Below are positions 18,113-24,925 of a stretch of DNA of 26,551 bases, piece after piece. The position numbers were made by a program, and so were the translations under genes. Where the stretch lies: positions 1 through 26,551 of IMG/VR virus record IMGVR_UViG_3300020045_006955. One strand, written 5' to 3'. The notes beneath the pieces were generated by a model. That model was given only the letters and a program-made list of their open reading frames with translations, made no database searches and was not told the origin of the DNA. The DNA comes from a virus (taxonomy: Duplodnaviria > Caudoviricetes). Each line of letters begins with the position of its first letter. The stretch's first letter is position 1.

Positions 18113-18859
18113 ATGGGTAATCAAATTTTTTCGGTAAACACTGATGCCGTAATCGCATTAACAGCAAAGTTGGAACGTCTTAATAAGAGTTCGTTTCCTA
18201 GCGCAGTACGTTCAACCTTGAATGATGGAGCATTTGAAATGAAGAAAAAAAATATTTTGGATTCTGCCAAAAGAAATATGACAGTTAGGAATCAATCATT
18301 TTTCAAGCGTTATACAGGAGTAAAACGTGCTACAGGATTCAATGTTAGTAGAATGAGTTCTGAATCAGGATTTTCAAATTCTAATGAGAAAAAAGCTAAA
18401 AAAGCATTAGAAGGAATGGAGCATAATGAAGTTGGTGGAAGCGATAATACGGGAGCAATGTATTTACCAAAATCAAGAACTTCAAGCAGTTCAAAAAGAT
18501 TAGTTAGAAGAAAAGCAAGATTCGACAAAAGTAAATTAGCTAAAGGAACAAGTTCAATTATGCGCTCTAAAAAGTTAGATTTTGCAAGAAACGCCATTGC
18601 TTCAGCTAAAGAAAATGCTCCAACATTTATTGAAACATCGAAAGGTAAATTTTTAGTTCAAGTAAAAAGTGTAAAAAGCGATTCAGGACATAGAAAGCTA
18701 AAAGTAAAGATGGATTTCTTGATGAGAAGCAGAAGGCAACACGTAGCCAAAGCAAAAGCTTCGCATTTCAATAAAGAGGCAGCAATCAAAACTTCAAAGC
18801 AAATGGATGAGTTTTACGCTAAAAATGCAAAATTTCAGTTCGCAAAGATTTGGAAGTGA
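18113..18859 (+). CDS. Basic neck/tail-completion protein (lambda gpZ / HK97 gp10-like)
   Basis: 248 aa, Lys/Arg-rich; N-terminal L..L....P.AVRSTLND.AF pattern. Confidence 0.55.
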   Translation: MGNQIFSVNTDAVIALTAKLERLNKSSFPSAVRSTLNDGAFEMKKKNILDSAKRNMTVRNQSFFKRYTGVKRATGFNVSRMSSESGFSNSNEKKAKKALEGMEHNEVGGSDNTGAMYLPKSRTSSSSKRLVRRKARFDKSKLAKGTSSIMRSKKLDFARNAIASAKENAPTFIETSKGKFLVQVKSVKSDSGHRKLKVKMDFLMRSRRQHVAKAKASHFNKEAAIKTSKQMDEFYAKNAKFQFAKIWK

Positions 18860-18867
18860 TAAAAATA

Positions 18868-18879
18868 TTTATATATTTG
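18868..18879 (+). promoter_or_regulatory. -7 promoter element TTTATATATTTG
   Basis: Same 12-mer as 3731, 18994 and 20651. Confidence 0.7.
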
Positions 18880-18880
18880 C

Positions 18881-18954
18881 ACTTCTTCATGTATAAAATT
18901 TGGTTTAAAAAAGTCATTAAACACGCTAACTCAAAAGGCGTGTTTTTTGTTTTT
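18881..18954 (+). ncRNA. Candidate ~70-nt small RNA (promoter to terminator, no ORF)
   Basis: Bounded by the -7 element and terminator stem AAACACGCT/GGCGTGTTT (18919-18945) with T tail. Confidence 0.45.
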
Positions 18955-18993
18955 ACAATATTTTGTAAAAATTATATATAACTTTCAATTAAA

Positions 18994-19005
18994 TTTATAT
19001 ATTTG
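18994..19005 (+). promoter_or_regulatory. -7 promoter element TTTATATATTTG immediately before the tRNA
   Basis: Ends 3 nt before tRNA position 1. Confidence 0.75.
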
Positions 19006-19008
19006 CAA

Positions 19009-19082
19009 AGCGTGGTAGAGCAGTTGGTTAGCTCGTTGGACTCATAATCCAAAGGTCGTGGGTTCGAGTCCCTCCTACGCTA
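19009..19082 (+). tRNA. trnM: tRNA-Met (CAT), initiator-like; CCA not encoded
   Basis: Acceptor AGCGTGG/CTACGCT, D arm GAGC/GCTC, anticodon arm TTGGA-CTCATAA-TCCAA, T loop TTCGAGT, discriminator A followed by CAA. Confidence 0.92.
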
Positions 19083-19214
19083 CAAAGTCAAGTATAATAT
19101 TCAGAATAACAAACTGATTTAATTATTTATAATTGAGTAACTTAAATGTTAAAGTAAATACTTGCAATTTAAACCGATAGTGGTATGGCGTTTAACCCTG
19201 CCTGACGTTTATAG

Positions 19215-19249
19215 AAAACCGCTGATTTTATTAGCGGTTTTTTGTTTTT
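19215..19249 (+). terminator. Intrinsic terminator downstream of the tRNA
   Basis: AAAACCGCTGAT / ATTAGCGGTTTT stem and T tail. Confidence 0.8.
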
Positions 19250-19290
19250 ATAAACTTTTTAATTTTTTATTAGGAAATAACAAATATTGT

Positions 19291-19302
19291 TTTATATCTT
19301 TG
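19291..19302 (+). promoter_or_regulatory. -7 promoter element TTTATATCTTTG
   Basis: One mismatch to the recurrent 12-mer; TAnnTTTG intact. Confidence 0.7.
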
Positions 19303-19306
19303 ACTC

Positions 19307-19420
19307 ATCAAACGAGTCGCAATTCGGTTGATAATCGAATTGTATCGTTTGAATCTTCTGTTAGATGACAATACAAACCCCACAAAGTCCTGCGACTCCT
19401 TTGTGGGGTTTTTTGTTTTT
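19307..19420 (+). promoter_or_regulatory. Second structured leader or sRNA with loop-loop complementarity and terminator
   Basis: Hairpin 19307-19332 carrying GAGTCGCA (19314-19321); 13-bp terminator stem 19375-19387/19399-19411 with TGCGACTC (19391-19398) in its loop. Confidence 0.7.
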
Positions 19421-19720
19421 ACCCAATACCTAAAGCAAATCGAATAGAAACAATGGTCGATAAATACACCAAGCACTCTATTTTAAATGCTATGCAAGAA
19501 AGCAGGAACATTGGCATAGGCGGTAAGTGAATCTATAAGCCGTAGGAAGCAATTTCGAGTAAATTGTGTGTAAGTTATAGAGTGTGAGAGATGGACTGAC
19601 GACAACTTAATGCAGTTTAAATTTCTACAACTTCCTTTGGAGATTAAGCTTTTTTTATGGCTTTTCTCTTAAGGGAAGTTGTATTCAATCCAAACATTCC
19701 TCTTCCTTTTGCAGTATAAT
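19421..19720 (+). ncRNA. Candidate multi-stem structured RNA or DNA element
   Basis: No credible ORF; stems 19473-19481/19577-19585, 19490-19495/19514-19519, 19549-19555/19561-19567, 19626-19638/19671-19683. Confidence 0.4.
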
Positions 19721-19770
19721 TTTTATTAATTATTATAAATATATTATTAACCGAAAAAAATCAAAAAAAA

Positions 19771-19992
19771 ATGTCATGGAATATAAATACTTTAAAAGTA
19801 GAATATCGAAGAAATTTTCATAATGAAATTTGTCTTACTGTTTTTAATGATGAAGAAAAAAATAAGATTGAATGCTTATCACACAATAATCCAATAGCAT
19901 ATAGTAAATATCCAAAATTTCAAGTAGTTGGAGTTTGGAAAGAAAAGAAAAAAAGTTTTATAGAACATTTAAAATCATTAACTAAAAATTAA
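19771..19992 (+). CDS. Hypothetical protein
   Basis: 73 aa with A-rich start region. Confidence 0.65.
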   Translation: MSWNINTLKVEYRRNFHNEICLTVFNDEEKNKIECLSHNNPIAYSKYPKFQVVGVWKEKKKSFIEHLKSLTKN

Positions 19993-19998
19993 AACACC

Positions 19999-20418
19999 AT
20001 GAAAGAGTTAAGAAGAAACGAGTTTATCGATATGCTAGAAATGCTAGAAATATTGTATGAGGCAAAGGATAAATTTATCAAGTGTGACATTCCTACTTTG
20101 GGAGCAGTAACTTATTTTCCAAAAGCTAATAAGGTTCAAATTGACAAAAGTAATGAATGGGTTGAGCATGGTTTTGAGTATGTAAAATCTATTTTAAATT
20201 CAACTACAAAACAGCCTTTAATTTATGAAAATACTTCTTTAGTAAAAATAAAAGAAGTAAAAAGCGATGCAGAATTTCGTGATGAATGTGCTATGAGAGC
20301 AATGCAAGGAATTATGGCAAGTGGACACGCAATTCCAGCAAAACAACATCAATTTGATAATATTGCAGAAGACGCTTATAGATTAGCAGATGCAATGGTA
20401 AAACAAAGAAAGCTATAG
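19999..20418 (+). CDS. Hypothetical protein with C-terminal RD..A..AMQG...AY.LADAM helical-hairpin motif
   Basis: Motif recognised as recurrent in small phage proteins; function not assigned. Confidence 0.7.
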   Translation: MKELRRNEFIDMLEMLEILYEAKDKFIKCDIPTLGAVTYFPKANKVQIDKSNEWVEHGFEYVKSILNSTTKQPLIYENTSLVKIKEVKSDAEFRDECAMRAMQGIMASGHAIPAKQHQFDNIAEDAYRLADAMVKQRKL

Positions 20419-20422
20419 TATT

Positions 20423-20647
20423 ATGAAAAGACTAAATTATTATCAAGTTCACAAGAACAAGAAACCAAAGAAAATTAAATCTAAAAAATATTCTGCTAGT
20501 AAAAAAATGATTAAAGTTTATATCAATGTAGTAGATAATTTTTCTGAAAAAATGAAGTTACTTTGTGAATCTGTAAAAAAACAATTTAAAAAAGGTAAAG
20601 TTGGTGGAATAATATGTTATTTAGATTCAGAAGGAGGAATGATATAA
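20423..20647 (+). CDS. Lys-rich hypothetical protein
   Basis: 74 aa, 4 nt after the previous stop. Confidence 0.55.
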   Translation: MKRLNYYQVHKNKKPKKIKSKKYSASKKMIKVYINVVDNFSEKMKLLCESVKKQFKKGKVGGIICYLDSEGGMI

Positions 20648-20650
20648 TTA

Positions 20651-20662
20651 TTTATATATTTG
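20651..20662 (+). promoter_or_regulatory. -7 promoter element TTTATATATTTG for the displaced baseplate-hub block
   Basis: Recurrent 12-mer ending 18 nt upstream of ATG 20681. Confidence 0.7.
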
Positions 20663-20680
20663 TAAATAAATTTTTTACAA

Positions 20681-21892
20681 ATGGATTGGAAAGAAAAAAT
20701 AGAAACTCCTTTTAAAATCATCACTGGTGATGGTAAAACATATTTTCCATTATGGAGAGGGGGAGAGAAAGAACGAGAGTTTAACACTTCTGATTTTGAT
20801 TTCATAAATGTATGGGGAACATTGGTTGTTAAGAAGCAACCAAAAGGAGCAAAATACAATTTAGTTTTTTGGTTCGATGGTGCTGACAATATTGATAAAG
20901 CTGATGAGTTTGAGGCTTCTTGTGATGATGAACGTCAATGGCAGATAACGCACCCTATTTACGGAATAATTAACGGACAGCCTTTATCTATCAAACGTGA
21001 TGATAGTTCTTTAAATATTACTGAAATTACAGTTCCTTTTTGGGAGAGTATAAGTCCTGATTATCCTTTTTCAAACTTCTCCACAAAAGACAATACGATG
21101 GATAGACATCGTACTACAATGTATGCTTTATCAGCAGGTGTTGAAATGGTAAAATTCAAACCTGCTGATATTTCTTCACAAAAAGTTGCGCTTAATGCAA
21201 TGGCTTCGGAACTAAAAAATCTTAATGACAGTTTAACTTATGCTGACTTTCAAAATGCACTAAATTCTGGATTAAAAGCAATTGATGGATTATTGTCAGA
21301 GCCACTAAACGCTATTCAAACGGCTCAAAACTTCTTGGATTTACCTGCAACATACAAAAGAGCAATTAAAGGTCGTGTTGCAACATACGAAAGTATTTAT
21401 AGACGTTTGAAAGAATCTATAAAAACTGTTGCAGATAAAAAATATTTTGAAGCCATGGGCGGAACTATTTTGTCTTTGATTTCTGTTATTTCAGTAACTC
21501 CAATTACAGGAGATTATATTTTAGTTTCTGATGTTGAATCGATGGTAAATAAACTGAATCAATTGTATGATGATTATGTTTCAACATTGGATAGTTTTAG
21601 AGTTTCAATCTATGATGTAAATAACACCTTCACTCCTGATGCAACAGCGCAAACAGAATTAAATTCTTTGGTTAATTATGTTTTTTCAAACTTGTATTAT
21701 TTTACTTTTGGAGCGAAAAAAGAAAGAATTGTTGTTGTAAACAAAGACACTAATTTAATTTTATTGGTTCACAAATATATCGGATTAGATGCTAATGACG
21801 AAAATATTGATACATTCAAAAAAATGAATAACATTCAATTCAATGAATTGTTTCAGATAAAAAAAGGCAGAGAAATACGTTTTGTAAAATAA
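20681..21892 (+). CDS. Mu gpN-like 'DNA circularisation'/tail tube initiator protein
   Basis: MDWKEKI N-terminus, F.G.D...A..F, THPIYG, F.ES; C-terminal LysM-like segment; precedes hub gene. Confidence 0.75.
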   Translation: MDWKEKIETPFKIITGDGKTYFPLWRGGEKEREFNTSDFDFINVWGTLVVKKQPKGAKYNLVFWFDGADNIDKADEFEASCDDERQWQITHPIYGIINGQPLSIKRDDSSLNITEITVPFWESISPDYPFSNFSTKDNTMDRHRTTMYALSAGVEMVKFKPADISSQKVALNAMASELKNLNDSLTYADFQNALNSGLKAIDGLLSEPLNAIQTAQNFLDLPATYKRAIKGRVATYESIYRRLKESIKTVADKKYFEAMGGTILSLISVISVTPITGDYILVSDVESMVNKLNQLYDDYVSTLDSFRVSIYDVNNTFTPDATAQTELNSLVNYVFSNLYYFTFGAKKERIVVVNKDTNLILLVHKYIGLDANDENIDTFKKMNNIQFNELFQIKKGREIRFVK

Positions 21893-21917
21893 AATAATTT
21901 TTTTTTAAAATCAACAA

Positions 21918-23093
21918 ATGAGAATAGTTATAGATGGTAAGAATATAAACTACTTCACAAATGGAAGTATAACTTTGAAGTTAGATTCGATTGCGTCTAC
22001 ATTCGAGTTCTCAACTCTTTTTGACCCACAAAAAGAAGAGTTTCAAGAATTATTCAAACCGTTACAGTATAAAGAAATATTGGTTTATAATTCAAAAGAT
22101 AAATTAATTTTGACAGGAACTAAATTAAATCATAGGTTTATTAGTGATAAAAACAGAAATTTAGTAATCATATCTGGATATTCAAAATCAGGAATATTGG
22201 AGGACGTTTGCATACCGCCTGACAAATATTCTTTAGAAAGCAATAAAAAATCATTGAAAGATATTGCTACTCAATTATGTGGTTTATTTGGAATAAATGT
22301 TGTTGTATCTGATCAAGCAAAAAGCATAAGTGAATCATCTGTAAAAGGGAAAACAAAAAATGTAACTCCAAAATCAGACTATGCTACATTAAAAGCAAAA
22401 TCTGAATCTGTATTTGGTAGAATTTCCGCAAGTCCTACAGAAACAATTCGAGAGTATTTAGCAAAATTAGCAAGTCAAAAAAATATTATTTTATCTCACA
22501 ATGAGAAGGGAGAAGTATTATTATTTCAACCTGACTACAATCAAAAACCAAAATATTTTTTTACCAAAGGAAACTCTATAAGAATGACTGCTGACTATAA
22601 TGGTCAAGGGCTTCATTCAGATATTTACATCGTAAGACAGCCAAGCGATGAAAATGAAGGACTATCTACACAAGACGTAGCAAATAATACATTAGTTGGA
22701 AAATTTCGTCCTACAACCAAAATAATGACTTCTGGAGAAGATTCAGAAATAAAAGATGCTGCTAAGAATGAATTGGCTGCTGAATTGAAAGCAATAAACG
22801 TTACAGTTGAGCTTCAGGGATTATTCGATGAGATTTATCCAGGAGAAATAATAAATATTCACAATCATTACTTGTACTGCTACGCTTATAATAGATTTAT
22901 GGTTGATACAATTAAAATGGAATTTAATCCACAATCAGAAAAAACCACATTAAGTTGTGTTATTCCGGAAACATTTACAGGCGGTCCACTAATCAGAAAT
23001 ATATTTTTCAATCATCAAGACGAGGATCATCATTTTGAGCCTGATTTGAACGAGTACGGAAGCCAATACAGAAATAATAAAAATATTTTGTAG
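21918..23093 (+). CDS. Baseplate hub protein (Mu gpP/gp44-like)
   Basis: SITLKLDSIASTFEF, ILTG, SGYSKSGILEDV, IA..LC..FGI.V, ET..EYL.KLA patterns. Confidence 0.8.
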   Translation: MRIVIDGKNINYFTNGSITLKLDSIASTFEFSTLFDPQKEEFQELFKPLQYKEILVYNSKDKLILTGTKLNHRFISDKNRNLVIISGYSKSGILEDVCIPPDKYSLESNKKSLKDIATQLCGLFGINVVVSDQAKSISESSVKGKTKNVTPKSDYATLKAKSESVFGRISASPTETIREYLAKLASQKNIILSHNEKGEVLLFQPDYNQKPKYFFTKGNSIRMTADYNGQGLHSDIYIVRQPSDENEGLSTQDVANNTLVGKFRPTTKIMTSGEDSEIKDAAKNELAAELKAINVTVELQGLFDEIYPGEIINIHNHYLYCYAYNRFMVDTIKMEFNPQSEKTTLSCVIPETFTGGPLIRNIFFNHQDEDHHFEPDLNEYGSQYRNNKNIL

Positions 23094-23104
23094 AATAAAT
23101 TTAA

Positions 23105-23125
23105 TTTTTTTTTTTTTTTTTTTTT
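23105..23125 (+). repeat. T21 homopolymer between hub and spike genes
   Basis: Direct count. Confidence 0.9.
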
Positions 23126-23143
23126 GAAACAAAACCAATTTTT

Positions 23144-23635
23144 ATGATAACATTTTCAAAATATAAAAGTTCAGCAATTGAGCAAGGTAAAAGAATTTTA
23201 AAGGTATTTCAATTTGGAACAAAAACAGCCAAAGAAAGTGTGCCTTTCGGAATAGACAGCCAACCGTTAGAGAATTTCACTGCAATATATTCAGAAACTA
23301 CCAATAAGGCAGAATCGGTTATTATAGGCTACATAAATAAAAATCAGTTAGTAGGAGCAGGAGAGATAAGAATCTACAGCCTCGACGTATCAGGCGTAGT
23401 CAAGGCGTATGTTTTGTGTGATGCTACAGGGCGTATCTCCTTAAACGGAAACGAGTATAGTTCGGTTCGCTTTGAAAACCTTGAAACTGGGTTAAATTCG
23501 CAAAATACTTTGATAAATGCGGAATTTGAAAAAATTGCTATAGCTATAAACGCTATCGTTCCGGGTTCTTATAATCCTGCTCCAGTATCAACTAATATAA
23601 CTACAGCGAAAAGCGAAACGGTTAAACTAAAGTAG
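23144..23635 (+). CDS. Baseplate spike/assembly protein (Mu gp45-like)
   Basis: PFGIDSQP and GEIRIYS motifs; follows hub gene. Confidence 0.75.
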   Translation: MITFSKYKSSAIEQGKRILKVFQFGTKTAKESVPFGIDSQPLENFTAIYSETTNKAESVIIGYINKNQLVGAGEIRIYSLDVSGVVKAYVLCDATGRISLNGNEYSSVRFENLETGLNSQNTLINAEFEKIAIAINAIVPGSYNPAPVSTNITTAKSETVKLK

Positions 23636-23641
23636 TTCTTT

Positions 23642-23677
23642 TGGTCCATCTGGTACACCTGGTACAACTGGTTCAAA
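23642..23677. repeat. Four degenerate 9-bp tandem repeats TGGTCCATC TGGTACACC TGGTACAAC TGGTTCAAA
   Basis: Direct reading; intergenic. Confidence 0.85.
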
Positions 23678-23698
23678 AAAACATTCTATATATATAAT

Positions 23699-23732
23699 AA
23701 GCGAATTGCAAACTTTTGTAGTTCGCTTTTTT
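23699..23732 (+). terminator. Intrinsic terminator ending the morphogenesis region
   Basis: AAGCGAATTGCAA / TTGTAGTTCGCTT stem with G-U pairs and T tail. Confidence 0.8.
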
Positions 23733-23833
23733 GTTGTTGTAAGATTTTTATAGGAAAAAAATAGGTTTTGTGTAGTGTATCGATTTTATGACGTTTTTTA
23801 GTTTAAAAATTATTCCTACTTCAAAAAGCGTTA

Positions 23834-23846
23834 TAAATTTGCTACA
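23834..23846 (+). promoter_or_regulatory. -7 promoter element TAAATTTG(CTACA), probable early promoter
   Basis: TAnnTTTG match; AAATTTGCTACA recurs at 26031-26042. Confidence 0.6.
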
Positions 23847-23919
23847 TCAAAACGAAATAAAAACAAAAAAATAACATTAATTAATTAGTTCCCGAACCTT
23901 TTAAAAATCGGTTAATATT

Positions 23920-24828
23920 ATGACAAATTCAAATAATTTGAAACACTCTATTTCTGTTAATAACAAAGATGTTAATGCAAAAGTGGATATTTCATTAAAT
24001 GACGAATGTAAAAATGGTCATCAAGATTTTAGCATTACGGCTACATTTTGGGAAATTGGCAAACCTCGAATTGACAAATATTTCACTACTGCTGGATGTT
24101 GTCACGATGAAATATTGAAACATTTCCCAAAATTACAAATTTTTGTCAATCTTCATTTGTGCGATTATGAAGGAATCCCAACTTATGTAGTTGAAAATGG
24201 GTTTTATCATTTAACTGAAGGTTTTAATTCTACAAAACCAAACGACGTAAATTTTGAATCTAAATTTTGCAAATATTATAGATTAACTTCTAAACAATTT
24301 GAAGTATTAAAAACTGCAAAAGACAAAATGTATTTTGGCTATTTATTGGTAAAATTAGGAGTTTTGAACCAATGGAAAAAAGAAGCTAAAAAAGCTATAA
24401 AACAACTCGAAAATTTAACTCAAAAAACTTTTATTGTTGATAGTATTAAAACTCAATTTAATATGACAAAAGAACAATTAAAAGAAGTTGAAACAAACGA
24501 CAAAAACGGATTTTATACTATTGATAAAATCGAGGAACGACAAAAAAATAAAATTGCTAATGAAATAGCAAAAAAGCTAATTGACTTAAAAGCTACATTT
24601 GAAGCTAAAAGCCTTAATTTAAAACAAGATTATGAGATTGACAGAATAGCAATAGTTTTGTTTAACACGTGCCAAAACATAATATTTTATAATCATAAAA
24701 ATTTAATCGTTTTCAATTGGCAAAAAGATAGTTATTCAAGACAATACAACGAAACAGAATTTAAAATGTTTTTAGATATTGCAAAAGAAAACGAGTATTT
24801 GAAAAATTGCGAATTTGAACTTAACTAA
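23920..24828 (+). CDS. Hypothetical protein with Cys/His-rich N-terminal domain
   Basis: 302 aa; DECKNGH.DFSIT, GCCHDEI...FP, LHLCD..G.P.Y..ENGFYH. Confidence 0.8.
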   Translation: MTNSNNLKHSISVNNKDVNAKVDISLNDECKNGHQDFSITATFWEIGKPRIDKYFTTAGCCHDEILKHFPKLQIFVNLHLCDYEGIPTYVVENGFYHLTEGFNSTKPNDVNFESKFCKYYRLTSKQFEVLKTAKDKMYFGYLLVKLGVLNQWKKEAKKAIKQLENLTQKTFIVDSIKTQFNMTKEQLKEVETNDKNGFYTIDKIEERQKNKIANEIAKKLIDLKATFEAKSLNLKQDYEIDRIAIVLFNTCQNIIFYNHKNLIVFNWQKDSYSRQYNETEFKMFLDIAKENEYLKNCEFELN

Positions 24829-24840
24829 ATATTAACCTAT

Positions 24841-24886
24841 TCCCTTTGCAAAGAAATGATTTTCGGAGCGATACCGACAAAGGGGC
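24841..24886 (+). other. tRNA-like minihelix (acceptor-type stem stacked on a T-arm-type hairpin)
   Basis: CCCTTTG (24842-24848)/CAAAGGG (24878-24884) with adjacent TCGG-AGCGATA-CCGA (24863-24877). Confidence 0.45.
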
Positions 24887-24925
24887 AAAACAAAAAAAAC
24901 ATTTTAATCTTTAAATTTTAAAAAT

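Noticed and set aside
17209-18113. Group I intron around the endonuclease gene
   Set aside because: Flanks are too short for a catalytic core (11 nt on the 3' side), no P/Q/R/S elements seen, and the downstream gene has its own ATG
18819-18890. Minus-strand 23-aa ORF starting MKKCKY
   Set aside because: Overlaps a promoter and the end of a + strand gene, with no minus-strand promoter evident; treated instead as possible antisense sRNA sequence
19086-19214. Second tRNA or self-cleaving ribozyme after the tRNA
   Set aside because: Only weak stems (CAAGTAT/ATACTTG, TTAAAC/GTTTAA); no cloverleaf, hammerhead or complete twister core could be assembled
19162-19476. ORFs 19162..19368 (+) and 19270..19476 (-)
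   Set aside because: Non-ATG starts; they cross terminators and a promoter; better explained as non-coding structure
323-20889. Minus-strand and alternative-frame ORFs in the track (e.g. 323..544, 1875..2126, 2751..2951, 10229..10564, 12928..13113, 15046..15285, 18310..18597, 20617..20889)
   Set aside because: All overlap well-supported + strand genes, lack recognisable motifs and look like shadow ORFs
23642-23677. CRISPR array
   Set aside because: Repeats are 9 bp, contiguous and spacer-less; no cas genes
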